DNA from: Lama guanicoe
Lineage: Eukaryota
Assembly: GCA_013239625.1 (NCBI GenBank)
Contig: MU053431.1
Coordinates: 1,638,485-1,702,484, forward strand
Direction of reading: 5' to 3'
DNA: 64,000 nucleotides
The notes under the pieces were generated by a model. The model made no database searches, was not told the origin of the DNA, and saw only the letters and a list, made by a program, of their open reading frames with translations. This document shows positions 1-13,406 of the stretch, piece after piece; within the stretch, counting starts at the first letter, position 1; every line of letters begins with the position of its first letter. The translations under genes were made by a program, and so were the position numbers.

Positions 1-1175
1 TGCAGGGTCTTGGGTGGGAAGCCCTCTTCCCATGGCCCCAGGTCTGCCCTGGCTAGGGGTGGCCACCTGGACCCTGGAGGGCGGGCAGTGGGCGCCCCCT
101 AGTGGCCGCATGGGAGCAGGAGTGTCGCGGAGAGACGGGAGCACCTCCAGCCCAGGGCTTCAGGGCCTCCAGCCTCAGTGCAAGTATGAGACCGAATCTC
201 GTCGCCCAGCACCCGAACCCACAGAGATGCAGTTTCTTCTTCAAACGTGTTCAGAAAATGGACGGGCCGTTAATTCTCATTTCTTGGAGCCTAATTAAAT
301 CCAGGCAAAACCGCAGCGTGCTCAGACACAGACGTCCGTTTATTTCACGGGCGACGGGGAGGAGAGACTGTGGACGCAGCCGCCCCCGTGGAGGTGTGGG
401 CGTGAGGCCTTGGGGGAGGTCTGAGCTGCCCCGGCTGCCTCGCTCACCTCGAGATGGGGCTAGCGCTGGGTCACGGCTCTGCCCTCCTTCTGTCTCCCGC
501 CGCCTGGGGAGGTAGGGACAGGGCCCAGGTCCCGGGCTTCACCCCGCTGTGACAGCACTTTGGGGTTTGCTGTGGAGCCACCAGCCCAGCACCAGTTCCC
601 CAAAGCCTCTCTGAGTCCCCGCCACCGAGGTGGCTGCAGCGTCAGGCCCCGGGGACAGGTTGGGGCCGTTGCCCTGTGTGAGCTGCTGCCCCCATGGCTG
701 GGGGTGGGGGTGTGGTTCAAGGAGAAAGATCTTATAGGACTGAACTCCTGGGAGCCGGCCTGCCGGAGAACAGAACTTACCCAAAGTCACACCACTGAAA
801 CACTTCAGTATAAAATCAGAGGCTCAGCGGAATGGAAAGGAGAGCCCCCAGTCTCTCCCCAGCACAGGAGGGGCTTGAGTTTACGGGAACGGTGGGATTT
901 CAGGGACATGCTATGTGTAAATCAAAGTACACGGGAAGTACACCGCCCCCCTCCGGGGCTCGTCACGTCACCCTTGGTGTCGCTGTCCTGAAATACCAGC
1001 CTGGGGTCGGTCCCTGAGGTGGAGCCCCAGCCCCCAGCTCCTGGCAGGCAGCACTGACCGAGGGTGGAGGGGACCCTGGAGCCTCCCTGGAGGCTGTGTG
1101 GCTGAGGTGGCCAGCACCCCACATAGATGTGATGATTAAAATGCCACATAGACTCATTAACATAAATATGTGATT

Positions 1176-1300
1176 CTTTAAAGTTACTTATTTTGAAGGA
1201 ACTGCAGATTCACAGGAAGATGCGGGGACAGTACAGAGGGCCCCACGTGCCCCCGCTCAGCCTCCCCCGGCGGTCACGGCCTCCAGTGGAGCAGAATCAC
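1176..1300 (-). mobile_element. short old L1M 3'-end fragment
   Basis: TTATTTTGAAGGAACTGCAGATTCACAGGAAGATGC...AGTACAGAGGGGCCCCACGTGCCC resembles L1MC/MD 3' termini. Confidence 0.5.
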
Positions 1301-2078
1301 CACTGCCTGGGCCTCAGCGCAGGAACCCCAAGACTGAGCCCGGCTCTGGGGTGCGTGAGGCCTGGGGGCAGGCCCCCGCCCCCTGCACATCAGGGAAAGC
1401 CATTGGGCGCTGCTCGGGGCCGCAGGGGACGTTGCAGTGCTTGACCATGGGTCTGAGAGGCAGCTGTGTCTTTCTCCCACTGTAGGGGCTGGGAGGTGAC
1501 AGTGTTTGTGGGCTGGCCCCTGCTCTGTTACCTTGGACAAGGGACCTGCGGGCAGAGCTGTGACATCCTGCACTAAGGCTGGACAAGGCCTGAGGTCAGC
1601 GAGTCCCCCCGGGGTGGGGCTGTGCACCCTGTCCCCCAGAGTGCTCAGGGCCTGCAAGGTGTTGCCCAGCCCTCAGCCCGATTCCCAGAGCCAGAAGGCC
1701 CAGGTGACAGGCCAGGCGGGGATGGGCCTGTGTGGCCTCAGAGCCCGTGCCTTTCAGTCTCCACCCAGTTCCCTGGGGGTGGGGCGAGGTGGACCCTCCG
1801 CCTGGGCTGTTAGGGATTCCCAGGGGGCCCAGGCCTAAGACTCTGAGTCCAGTGGGAGCTGTGTATATGAAGTGGTGGCTCAGGGGTCACCGTGGCCGCT
1901 TTCCCAGGGGTCAGCCTCTCCTGGACAATCTCTGCATGGCCTTGGGCAAGGCCTCAGTGTTCTCATCCACAGAATGGGGAGACCGTCGGGATAGCTGGGT
2001 CACACGTGGTCCCTGCACTCCAGGGAAAGGAGTCGCGGGGCTGTGATCACAGTGACAGGAGGATGGCTCGCGCCATTG

Positions 2079-2390
2079 TTCATTCATTTATGATTCATTC
2101 ATTCATTCACTCCAGACGCATTTCCTGAGGCTGCACAATGAAGAGCACAAGGGCCAGGCCTTGGACATCACGGCCATCTGTCCAGTGGGCCCAACGCAGC
2201 CCAGTGGTCAGGACAACGCTCTTGAGACAGTGACACACACGCACGTCTGTCTCTCCAGGATGAGCTCTGAGGGCAGGAGACTGGGTCTCTGGGCTGATGC
2301 AGGAGTGAGTGGGGAGAGGAGGAACAGCATCGGGGCAGAGGGAACAGCATGTGAGCGGCTCAGAGCAGCTCACGCAGGGTCCAGCAGCAA
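2079..2390 (-). mobile_element. L2 LINE 3' fragment
   Basis: (CATT)n-type tail TTCATTCATTTATGATTCATTCATTCATTCA, followed by L2-like GAGGAACAGCAT...GCAGAGGGAACAGCATGTG. Confidence 0.55.
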
Positions 2391-4629
2391 GGGTCCTTCC
2401 CCCACTGGCCTGGGGCTGGTCACGCTCTGAGTGTCCCTTCGCTGTCCCCCTCGCCTGGGAGGGCTGACCCTCCGCCAGCCTGGCCCCAGCTTTCCTCATG
2501 CTCCTCGCGCCAGTCCTTCCAAGACACATTCGGGAGACGCTGGAGGAAGAATAATTTTTTTTCAGCAAAATATTTTTGTGGAATAAATAAATTTATCTTA
2601 CGGCGAGAGCCAGGAGAAAACACAGTGTGGGGACGCGGGGCAGGGAGAAGACGTCTTGTTTTATTTGTGCAAATGTCCGGGGACATCAGGGGCTCTGGGA
2701 GCAGGCCAGGTGCAGAGCTGGGGCGCAGTGGCGCCCCCCGCAGCGTGTAACCCGACTCTAGGGCCGCGTCTGACGTCTGATCAGGGAGGCAGCCCGCCCT
2801 GTCGTCTGGTGGAGAAAACGGCCCTGGACGACAGACTCTTCTCCGCTGGGATGGGGTGTATTGTGAGGCTTCACCACTAGGGGGAGCCCCGAGGTCTTGC
2901 CTCGGATGGGGGCGGTCAAGCGTCTGCACACGAGTGTGTGTACGTGTGTCTCTGTGAGTGCAGGAGTGTCCTACAGGGTAAGCGTGTGACAGTGCATCTG
3001 TGCATGAAGGTCTTGTCCACATGTGACGTGTGAGCTGGCGTCTGCATGCACAGCGGCGGGTTCGGAGCCGCGACTCCCTTGCAAGACCAGAAGCTCTGGC
3101 TCTCTGAGTAGCTGGCGTGTCACGAGGCATCTTGGCTTCTTATGCTGCAAAGTGGGAACCCCCATCCCGATCTGGGTGGGAACCAGCCTTGAGCAGTGGA
3201 CACAGCTGCCCGCCTGCTGGCTGCTGGCCCCAGGACCAGAATCTCCTCTCTGACTCTGTGCGACCCCAGCACCCTTTGGACACCCCCAGAGGTTTGTGAG
3301 CAGCAACCTGGGTGGGGGTCTTGGGTGCAAGGGGTGGGTTGCAGGGTGTCTGACCAAGAGTAGCCCAGCAGGCCCTGCCCTCCTGGTCTGGGGCTCTGGA
3401 ACCCTCAGCTGCTGGCCTGTGAGGCCCCGAGGGCAGATCGCAGGGTCTGCTGTGGTGGGAGCCCCACCCTCCTGGGGAGCAGGCGGCCCCGGCCAGTCGG
3501 CTCAGCCCATGGCCACGCCACACTTGGCGGGGACTTCTGTCGGTGCGCCACCAGCTCTCCCGCTGTGTGCACTGGAGCCCCGGACACTGGGCGCAGCTGC
3601 CCCGCTGCCCTCCTGGCTGGAAGGCCCTTGCAGATGGAGAGGATCTGCACAGCGAGGACCCCGCTGGCCACCAACCCCACGCCGACTTCACAGCCTTGCC
3701 CTGGCACGCCCGCCCTGACTGGTCCTCCAGGTTCCTGGGCTCTCTGCCACGGTCCCTCTACCTCCCAGAGCGCGTGTGGAGCAGCGGGACGCACACCCGG
3801 GGTCTGAGCACAGGTCGGGTGGGGACGCTGCCGGATGGCGGCCCAGCACAGCCTCCCGGTGGGCACGCATCCCCCGTGTGTGTGGAGCTGGGACACAGAG
3901 GGGTGGCCTGCGTGAGCCTCAGCCCTGCGTGCAGGGAGGAGGGAGGAGCCTGTCCTCCTGCTGGGGCCGTGTGCTCAGAGCCTGGATGCAGCAGGCCCTT
4001 GGTAAAGACCTGGCTGCGCGACTGGGGCCGAGCCCCGCGGCGGGGAGGCTGCGACTCGCGGCAGGTCACTTGGTGGGCCCTCTAGGCGCTGTGGCCACGT
4101 GGCCCAGTGCTTGGGGCCAGGCCGCCTCTGGTCAACTCCAGATCCTGGTGTGTGAAGTGAAGTAATAATCGCCTGGGGGGAGGCAGGTCGGTCAGGTAGG
4201 TGGGCCCTCAGTGACCCTCAAGTCCCCTGCCACTCGCCCCAAAGAACCCCCCTGTCCGGCTCAGCCTTGCCTGCTGCCCCTTCCCCAGCACACCAAGCTG
4301 GATGCCCCTGGGGCCCTCGGAGGAGCCCAGGACAGACCCTGGGTAGGTGAGATGGACAAGTTCCTGTCATGGATGCGTGTTTCTTAGAGGACTTTCTGAT
4401 GGGAATATTTTTAAGCTAAAAATATCCAAACCCACCAGGCTCTCCACGCTATGGAGGGTGATTTGCACATTCACCTCCAGGTGCTGCCAAAATCCTGGAG
4501 GATGCCCAGCTGGGGTGCCCCAGCTGCCTCCCCCAGCTCCCAACAACCCCCAGGGCCACCAGCCTTGGTGGGTGACCCCCTCAGCAGACGTGGGTGCACT
4601 GCATCCTGGATGCCACTGCAGGGCTGCCA

Positions 4630-4745
4630 CCAAGCTTGTTCCTGCTCCAGGGCCTTTGCACCTGCTCTTCCCTCCATCTGGAATGTTTGATACCCAGATG
4701 TCCTGGTTCTCCTCTCAGTGTCTCCTCATCAGAGACCTCACAAAC
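4630..4745 (+). mobile_element. L2 fragment
   Basis: CCTGCTCCAGGGCCTTTGCACCTGCTCTTCCCTCCATCTGGAATG is an L2 hallmark. Confidence 0.55.
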
Positions 4746-7700
4746 CCTGGATGGGGCAGTGACCTCAGGGTGCCGTGGGGGCAGCCTCTGTCAGCAGGCT
4801 CCTTGGCCTCTGGGTCTCTCGCCCCTCTGATAACAAAGGAGTCAGGCAGGCGACACAGAGGCAGGAGCCACTCTGTGGCTTGATGGGCTGAGCGTCCTCT
4901 CCGTGGAGGTGGGAGAGTGCTGTGGGAAAGGGGCCTGAGCCACCTTTCTCACTCCTGGGTGGCCTGGGCACGCACAGGGGCCCAGGCATACCTGGGATGC
5001 CGGGTGGACATGGGTGCGAGGAGCTGCTGGCTCCCTGAGGGTCTGGGAAAGAGGTTCCTGGCCTCCCAATCAGGTTTGTGTCACGGGGGCCAAAGAGGCC
5101 CTTTCTCGGCCCCATGAGACTTGCTGTCTGCGTCCCGTGAAGGGGAGAGGGGACACCTGCCCTCCTCACTGCCAGCCTTAGTCCCACGCCCGCCCTTTGG
5201 AGGTCCCAGAGCTGCCCACCTGCCCCCTAGCCCACCAACCTGCCTGGCGACTTTGGTGTCCTCTGGGCTCGGGGCGAAGACAGGCTCTTCCTCCAGGTCA
5301 GTCTCAGCTCCCTACCTGAGAGGGCCCCCAAATGACCTCATGCAGCAGAGGGACACAGGCTGGGGAGAAGGGACCTGCCCTGGTCTCTCAGGGCCTCTTT
5401 CGAACAGGTACTGGGCACACCCAAATACCCGCTGTGCCTGCTCCACCCACCCCGAGGTGGGTCAGGCCTGGGGAGGGTGTCACAGGCAATGCCGGGGGGC
5501 CACGTGCCCCTCATCAGTCCTCAGGTTTCCTGAGTCCTCACCCGGGACTGGCGGGGTGGGGCTACAGCCCCCTGTATATTTTGGGCAGAGAGGTGGGGTC
5601 ATGGCCCCCCGATCAGATAGGCATCATTCCCAGCCGAGCTGCAGGGTGGTAACCCCCTCTTTCTCCAGGACCTACTCAGAGTGATGCCAGGGGCAGTGCT
5701 GGGCTGCCCCTCGAGGGGCAGGGGGGACCATGAGCTCTGCCCTGGGGCACCCAGTAAAGGCCCAGAGGCTGCTCTCGGCCGAGGGTTCCCAGAGTCCTCT
5801 GAAGCGGGGGCTTGGCCTGAGCGCCCCCCACCTCCCCGGGGAGCGGGTGAGGCCCTCGGAGCGCTGGGCGAGCGCTGGGCCCCGCTGCACCTCCAGGGGA
5901 CGCCCGGCCACAGGGCTTGCTGGCGGCAGCTCCGGACACGGCCCTGCCAGGCTGGACGAGGACTTCTTGACACAGCGATTCCCAGGCCAAGCCCGCGTCT
6001 GCGTCTGCGGCTCCACACAGACCGGCCGCAGCTCCTGTCATCAGCAAACCGCCCGAGGGTGGAGGTGCTGCCGGTGAGGGTCACCTCCGCGGCCCCGGGG
6101 TGTTAGATTCCCCCGGGAACGGGCTGGCGCCCACGCCCTGCAGAGCTGGGCTGTAAATGGGCCGGCTGCGCGTGGTCTCCTGGCCCCACGTGCCCCGGAC
6201 AGGCCTGGAGACGAGACCAGGGCTCACCCCGGGGGCAGACGCAGGACGGGGGGCTCAGCTGCTGGCCTGCTGCTCCGCCTGGCCTGGCTGTGTGGGGCCG
6301 CCCGGCAGGGAGGCCTCCTGGGCCCTGAGCCGGCTCTGACAGTCCCCTCCGCCTCGCCCATTTCACGTGGGTTTGGCCTCGGGGGAGACAAGCCAGGGAT
6401 ACTCCGCTTCAGAAAACACTGCCCTAACAGCCGGTTCCCAGGGTCACCAAATAGCACCCCTGGGAGTCTAGCCCCAGAGTGGCCCAAGGAGGTGCCTGGA
6501 CTCGTGCAGACTGACCTCCCCTCCCTTGGCCCAGGGGGCGCCTGGCGCCTGCAGACGCGAGTGTCTCAGGGTCGGGCCTTCTGGCCTGAACCCTTGGACC
6601 GCCTGCGCGCTCTGACCGCCTGTGTCCTCTGTTGCCCCACTCGGAAACAGACCTACTGCTGCGGTTAGAGCAGCGTGATGGTTCTCCGGGGACCACAGAG
6701 GTGAGTGCGCTTCTCAGCCCATCATGTCCCTGTGGTCAACGGGGCCCATCCCCGGGGACGCCGACCTTGGCCCCCACCCCGCCCCCACCCAACTGAAGTC
6801 CTGGTTGTTGGACGTCTCCACCACCAAGTCCCTTCCCCCTCCTTCCAAGCAGCACCGTGAGGCGGAGGCTGCCCTGCTCTGCCCTCGCTGTGGGAGCTCT
6901 GCACCTTGGAAGGTGGGAGTACGACCAAGTAGGCGGGGGTCCTGGGCCTTCTCTCCTCCCTGCCAGTTTCAACCCCACTTTACGTTTGGTGTGTTGTTTT
7001 TGTAAAAACACCGACGGAAGTTCGCAAGCCGTGGGAAATGGGGGCCAAGGGCGTGCTCTGGCGCTGGGGTTCCGTCTGGTCGCTGCATTGGCTGGGCCCT
7101 GGGCGCATTCTGGTGGCCTCTTGGGAAGCACTGAGATCTGACCATAGGAGTGGGACCACATTGATGGGGAAAACATTAAGCTGATGGACTGGTTCTCAGC
7201 CAATCAGTGGAGAAGCGGGTGTCTAAATGGAAGAGGAAGGGGTCCAGTGGGTGTGTGTGACCCCAAAAGAAATGAAGACAGGGCTACCGCAGGCCAAGGA
7301 TGCTGCCTGTCCGAGGAAGGGGGCCTCCGTCTCCTATGCTTTAGACCGAAGGCAGAGGAAAAGCCCTCTGCTCCAGGACCCTGCTAACGCTTGCTCAGCT
7401 CAAGTTCAATTCGGGAATAAAGGACCTGTTAGTGTGGAGATGGTGGATGCCAGCACTCATGCCCCAGTGCTCCTCCTGTGCCCCTGTCAGACATCACTAA
7501 TCAATCACTGCCCTCTATGGCTGAGCCCAGATGCAGCCTCAGAATCCTTCTGGACACAGCCGTCCAGCAAGCCACTAGAAGTCACAGTGGGGAGCGGGCT
7601 TGCCCCCGAGGGGGGTCCCAGCCACTGCTAAGGAGAGACCCACCCTGACTCCTTCCACCAGCCCCTCAGCTCTGCGTTTCCCGCACATGTGTCTCCTGAA

Positions 7701-9524
7701 AGAAGTCTGGGGACATCAAGGGGTATCTTCTGACTGGGGCCTCCCTCTTCCTGGCCGAGCCGGCCCCCTCCCCCGTTCCCCACCAGCCGTGAAGCTGGTG
7801 GCCTCCCATGATCCGGGCCCCATCCACCCAGTGACCTTGGGCACATCTTTCCCCCCCTTGCTGGGCTGCGCCTCCTGTGAAACCTGGGGGCTCCCTGGCC
7901 CACCTTAGCTGCTTATGGGCTGTTCTTGGGCCGAGAGTGGTGGGCACATGGCTGTGTGGCCTGGTGATGCTGGCTGAGCTGCGCGCCTGCCCTGGGCATC
8001 CCGGCGCTTTAATTACACTGCGGAGGAGCAGGCTGGCACCCACCCACGGCCGCCACCTGGGGTGCCCGCCCTTATTGTCCCCTGTCCTCCCCACGTGCTC
8101 CCAATTCCGAGATGCTGCCGTCCCTTCCCTCCCCCTACCTCTCCTCTCCCCCCGTCTCTGTGTCCCCCCTGCTCCTTTCTCCAAACACTGCCTCCTGCAC
8201 CCTCCGTGGAAACAGCTGAGCCCTCACCTCCCTCAGGGGTCCCTGCTCCCCGTGAATGAGCCACCTCCTTTGGCGGACTGGCTGACCGTACCCCTCAGAG
8301 CTCCACGGTGATGGGGGCAGCTTCTCAGGGCTGACAGGGCTCAGGGAGCCCCAGAGTCACCTGCTCTCCCCACTTACCCTGTCCTGTCCCCCCGGCCAGC
8401 TGGTCTGCAGGTCCAGCCCGCAGCACATGCGTCCCCGACTGGCCTTAGACTGCCGACAGCGGAAGCGGCGGTGCAGGTGCGGCTGGAGCTGCAAGGAGGG
8501 CAGGGGCTTGGACGCTCTGAGGGCTCCCGGAGGGCACACGGAGGCTGCAGCGGCCGCCCCCTAGGGCCATGGGACCAGCCGGCCTCAGGACCTCAGGGCT
8601 CTCCTGGGCCCCCCAAAACAGCTGGGACACGGCCCTGAGGAGGGGGTGGGGGTGCTGCCAAGACCCTTGTGCTGCCCTCTTGCCCGCGGGGACCCTGCCT
8701 GGTGAGGAGTGTGGATGTGACTTAATGGTTGTGGTTTCTGGGGATGGGGCCTGGGGAGTGGGGCCACATCTCTGAGGGGCCAGCATTTCAGTAACATGAA
8801 TGATGTGGAGGCCAAACCCCTCCCCTGCCCGTTACACATCCATGGGGTCTGGTGGCCTTTGGATGCCAGCCTGGGCCCTCCATTCAATGAGCGCAGAAAT
8901 GGGGCCAATGGGGCCAGAGGCACGAGGCAACTTCCTCTTTGCAGAGGGAGCCAACTGCAAACACGGGCATGCCCCTAGCTGTCCAGCATGAGCCCGGGAG
9001 ACGCTGCCAGCCTGGCCAGCTTGCTCTGAGCCCCCCACCTCCTGGAGGAGCCCCACGGGGCAAGGGTGCTCTTGGAGCCTCCTCCCTGGCTGCAGGATGA
9101 AACCTCATCAGCGGACGCTCTGGAGCCCAGCTGTGCTGTCACCACCACTGAGTCAACGTGCCGAGCACCCTGGGTGGGGGTCCCGGGGTGGGACCCTCAG
9201 CCTATTCTGCTGCTCCAGCCAGACCAGGCCCGAGTCAGGCTAGAGTGGGTCTGGGGAGCCCGATAGGGCGAGTGAGGGCTGGGCGAGACCCACAGTGCCC
9301 GGGCAGAGTCCCTCCCTTTAACCTCTCTGTTCTCCCTTCCCCTGGGAGCCCTTTCCAGAGAGTGGGATTGTAGCAGTCATTAACACTTTAGTGAGACTTA
9401 AGTCAGCCTGCTCTGTCTTCCCAGGGGCTTTGCGGTGGCCACTGTTTACAGTGTGCCTGTTGGATTTTGGCCCTGGGCTGCCTGCTGGGTGTGCCATGCC
9501 TCCCTGAGGCAGGCAGGGGTGCCC

Positions 9525-9640
9525 CCACCCTTCCATTTTAAAGACGAGAAAACTGAGGCTCAGATAAATGAACTCACCCAGAGTCTTACTGCACGTGTGG
9601 TGGGAACACGCCTGACCCGGGAGGGTCTGAGTCGACCTCT
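9525..9640 (-). mobile_element. MIR SINE
   Basis: CCATTTTAAAGACGAGAAAACTGAGGCTCAGA...AACTCACCCAGAGTC is the MIR core. Confidence 0.75.
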
Positions 9641-10559
9641 GGCCATCACGATGATAACGATGATTTAGTGGGGAGGCAAGAATCCCAGTAGGAATGACAG
9701 AAGAGGCTTTGTTCCGGCTCCATACATTCCCAGTGTGGGGAGCAAGGGTTCCAGCCTGCTGGGGGTCATGTAAACTGCCTCTGGACTCCAGATCAGCCGG
9801 GGCCAGCTCACGCTGCAGGCCTGATCCAGCTGCCTGTTCGGGTGCTGACTGGGGAAGGGACAGGCTGCGGAGCATGGGTCACCTCCAGCCCTGTCCTGAC
9901 CCAGCGGGGGGCATTCTCACGGGCGGGCACTGACGTTTCCCCCTTCTCGCCTCAGCAGTGGGACTATGGGGGACATGCAAGGTGTGCCCAGGAGCCCCGG
10001 GGGGGCTCCTGCCTCAGGTGGGGGAGCCTCGTGAGCCAGCCCCTCCCCCACACCCAGCACAGATCCCCCTCCGTCCCTGCACCTGTCCGTTCCTGGCCTT
10101 TAAATAGCTGTGACTAGGCCCTTGCCCCACCCTCCCCTGCTGGGGCCAGCACACAGAACACGGGCTTCCCAAAAAAGCTGCCCCTTCCCACTGCCCATGG
10201 GCAGGCTGGCCTGCCCTGAGCGCAGCAGGAAGGTGGCCAGAGGACACCCCGGGTTGGGTGGCTGGAGAGCCAGGACGCCCGGGTTCCCACTTGCTGCGAT
10301 CGTGAGGTGGGACCAGAGGCCGGGTGAGGGGGCTGGCTTCTGCAGCCGCCAGGTGGCCCGTCTGCAAGGCCTGGGAGGGGTCCCTGCGTGGCCACCCTTA
10401 CCCTTCTGGGCCCGTGTGCTGCCTTCTCCCAAAGGCTGTGGTCACTTCGGCCCCTTCTGTGCCCGGCCGGTCTGGGCGCGGCCGGGCGGGGGCCTATTGG
10501 GGTGGTTGTCCCCGAGCCGAGCGGAGCCATGAGAGCCCCTCTCCGGCGGCACCTCGGTG

Positions 10560-10840
10560 CTCTGGCTCGAGGCTATTTTTAACCTGCGTGTGGTAAGTGC
10601 ATTTCTTCAGGAAAACCACTCTCCTGATCAATCCCGCAGCTGCCGGCGTGGACACGCACTGGCCGGGCCGCCCAGGCTGTAACCGGAACCCAGCAGCTGA
10701 CCGGGGCAGGATAAATCCGGCTCCTTCGACAACTGTGTCCTGCTGGTCTTATCTAGTTACGGACACTCGTCCCCAGACCGCTGTGGCTCCTTAATATAAC
10801 TCTGAAATCACGCCTGGTGCCGGGGCAACAGCTGGGGCAG
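10560..10840. promoter_or_regulatory. candidate distal muscle enhancer
   Basis: Perfect MEF2 CTATTTTTAA (10573-10582). E-boxes CAGCTG (10637, 10694), CAACTG (10730) and AACAGCTG (10827-10834). GATA site TTATCT (10749-10754). Non-repetitive context. Confidence 0.45.
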
Positions 10841-13406
10841 AGGGCTTGGGGACCGGGTCCCCCAGTGAGCACGGCAGAGTGATGGTGGCCTGAGAGGCCC
10901 GCCCTCTGGAGGGTGAAGCCAGGACTTGCTCTTGGTGGTGAGGGCTGCCCTGGTCGCTGGCCCCATGGGGCTTCGGGGGCTGGGGGGCGGGGCTGGGGCT
11001 GGGCTTGCGGGGGGCCGAGATCCCCTCGAGCTTTCCAGGCGCGCGAGGGACCTGGCTCTGGGGAGACTCGCCCACTCTGACATCACCCTTCTTAGCACGC
11101 CCTGAGCCACCCCAAGCCCGGGGTTCCTGAGCAGCGGCGGGTGTGGCTCCCAGGGACAGAAAGCACGGAGGAAGGGACCCGTCTGCTCTGGGTGCAGCAC
11201 GGGGGAGGCTGAGCGGCAGGGCCGTGGGGGCTGAGAGGGACAGTCGCTTCTGCAGCATAGCCTTCGCCCTGTTAGTTAAAACAAAACACATGCATATCGT
11301 CTTGGAAGAAGATGAAAATAAAAACCTAGCAAGAGCAATGATGGCCTTAATGATGGTAACACAGCTCCAGGCACGGGTGGAGGGCCAGCGCCCACCCTGC
11401 CTGGGCCAGACTCTCCCAGGGCTGGGGTCCCCCGCACCTCCCCAGGCCTCTCCTGGTGCCCCGTTGTTACCAGACCCCCCACTCCAGCTCTCCCTTCACT
11501 GGGGGGCCTCGGGCCGCCCCTGCGTTGTGACACACCCGCACCCTGTGCCTCCGGCTGGAGTTCTCAGGCCACGGAGAGCAGCGGGCGCTCCTGGGGGCAG
11601 GGCAGGTGGCACCGCGTCTACTGCCCCCTCCCAGGGTCCTGAGCACCAGCGGGGACTTGAAGCCCAGCCACCTGCTTGTGGCGCTGTCTCCAGTGAGAAC
11701 CAGACAAGGATAAATGGCACAGTCTAGGACCATCTGTTAAACAGTAAACTCCATGAACGCCGGGATTTCTTGTGCTACGGGCCCAGCCATTTACTCCAGA
11801 GGTGCTACGTTAATGTCACATGCAGTATGAAATTTTTAGTGGGCATTCATTGAGCCAATGATATAATTACAGCCGTAAGTTGAGAATTCCTCTAGTCCCC
11901 GAGGTCAAGAGTGAATCTGTAAGTATTTACCTTCTCCCTGCAAAGGGAAAAAGCGTTCCGAATGAGTTCACAGGGAATCCCAAATTTGCCCCGTCCGGGA
12001 GCCAGGTCCCCCTGCAGACTGGCAGGCCCTGGTGTCTTCCCGGCGTGGGCTTGTGAACATGTAAGTGATGCCCACCGGGCAGAGGCCAAGCACGGCCGCT
12101 CAGGGAGCAGGGTGTCGGTAACCAGATCTTGCAGCAGGACCGTGTCCCCAGCACTGATGTACGGAGCCTGCCTCCAAGCCCCCGCCGCTGGCCAGACCAC
12201 GGGGCCTGTCCCACCCCAAACCAGGCCCCCTGACCCCACCACACCCCAGGCCCTGGGCTGGGCCCTGGAGCCGGCGCTGCAGATGCCGAAGTCCAAAGAG
12301 CCGGCAGGGCGTCTACAAATGAGCCGGCTGGTGCGAGGCGTCAGAGCGCAGGGGGCCTGTGGAGGACTGGGAGCGCCCGCCCCCTGGGTGGACAAGGCCC
12401 CCGTTCCTGTGCACGGTGCCTATCGGGAGGTCCCAGGAGCTCAGGGCTGCTGGCTCGCGTGGGCCGGAGCAGGCCACCGACGGAGTGGCTTCGGCCAGGG
12501 GCATCAGGCCTGTCAGACTGGACTTGCCTGTGGACATGACAGCCCGCCCCGCACAGGGCTGGGCGTGAAGCAGGCGCTCGCCACGTTTGTGGAGTGACTG
12601 AGCGAACTGCAGATGAAGTGAGAGAGAGTGCAGGGAGCGGCTGGTGGGTGGACAAGAGAGTGGGAGCCGGGGCCGCTAGGGAGGGGTCGTGGTGAGGACA
12701 GGACGCCGGCCTTCTCTGGTCTGGCCCCTCCTCCACCGTCAGCTCCGAGCAGGTGGAAGTGGGGTCGGTGATGAGAGCCCCTCCCCAGGGCTCAGTGCTC
12801 AGCGGGCCCGGCCAGTCTGACCAGTGGGGAGGGAAGGTTTGAGAAGTGGGGAGGGGACTCTGTCCTCCTGGGGCACATCGCCTGGTGAAGGAGGCCACGC
12901 AGGACAGATGACCGCACGGAGAATGCAGTGTAACAAGCCTCAGAAACACTCAACAGAAGAGCGGGATGCTGATGGTCATCAAACAGGAGGGCAGCTGAGT
13001 CTGGGGTGACAGAGGCTTCTCGGGGGAGGAACCATTAACCTGGGGCAGGTCACCAGGGAGAAGAAGGGGCACGCTGACCCCAGCCCTGGCCCCTCCGGAG
13101 CTGCTGCCCCCCATGCCGGGCGGGGTCTGCAGCCCCTGGAGCTATGCTGGGCCCCCCGGCCTTGCTCGCGGCTCCCTGGGCCCCCGTCCCCGGCAGGAAC
13201 CTGCCGAGACCGCTGGCTCTGGCTTTCCCGTCAGGTGCGGTGAAGCGGCGGTCACCCCGGGTTCAGGAACGTCCGGGCTTCTCCATCACGCTTCAGCTTC
13301 TTATTCACACTGTGGCTTTCTGGGTTCCAAACCATGTGTCCATGATGATCTCAAGTATGTGCAGTATTTTCAATATAGAGGAGGCTATGAATTGCTATAG
13401 TAGTAA

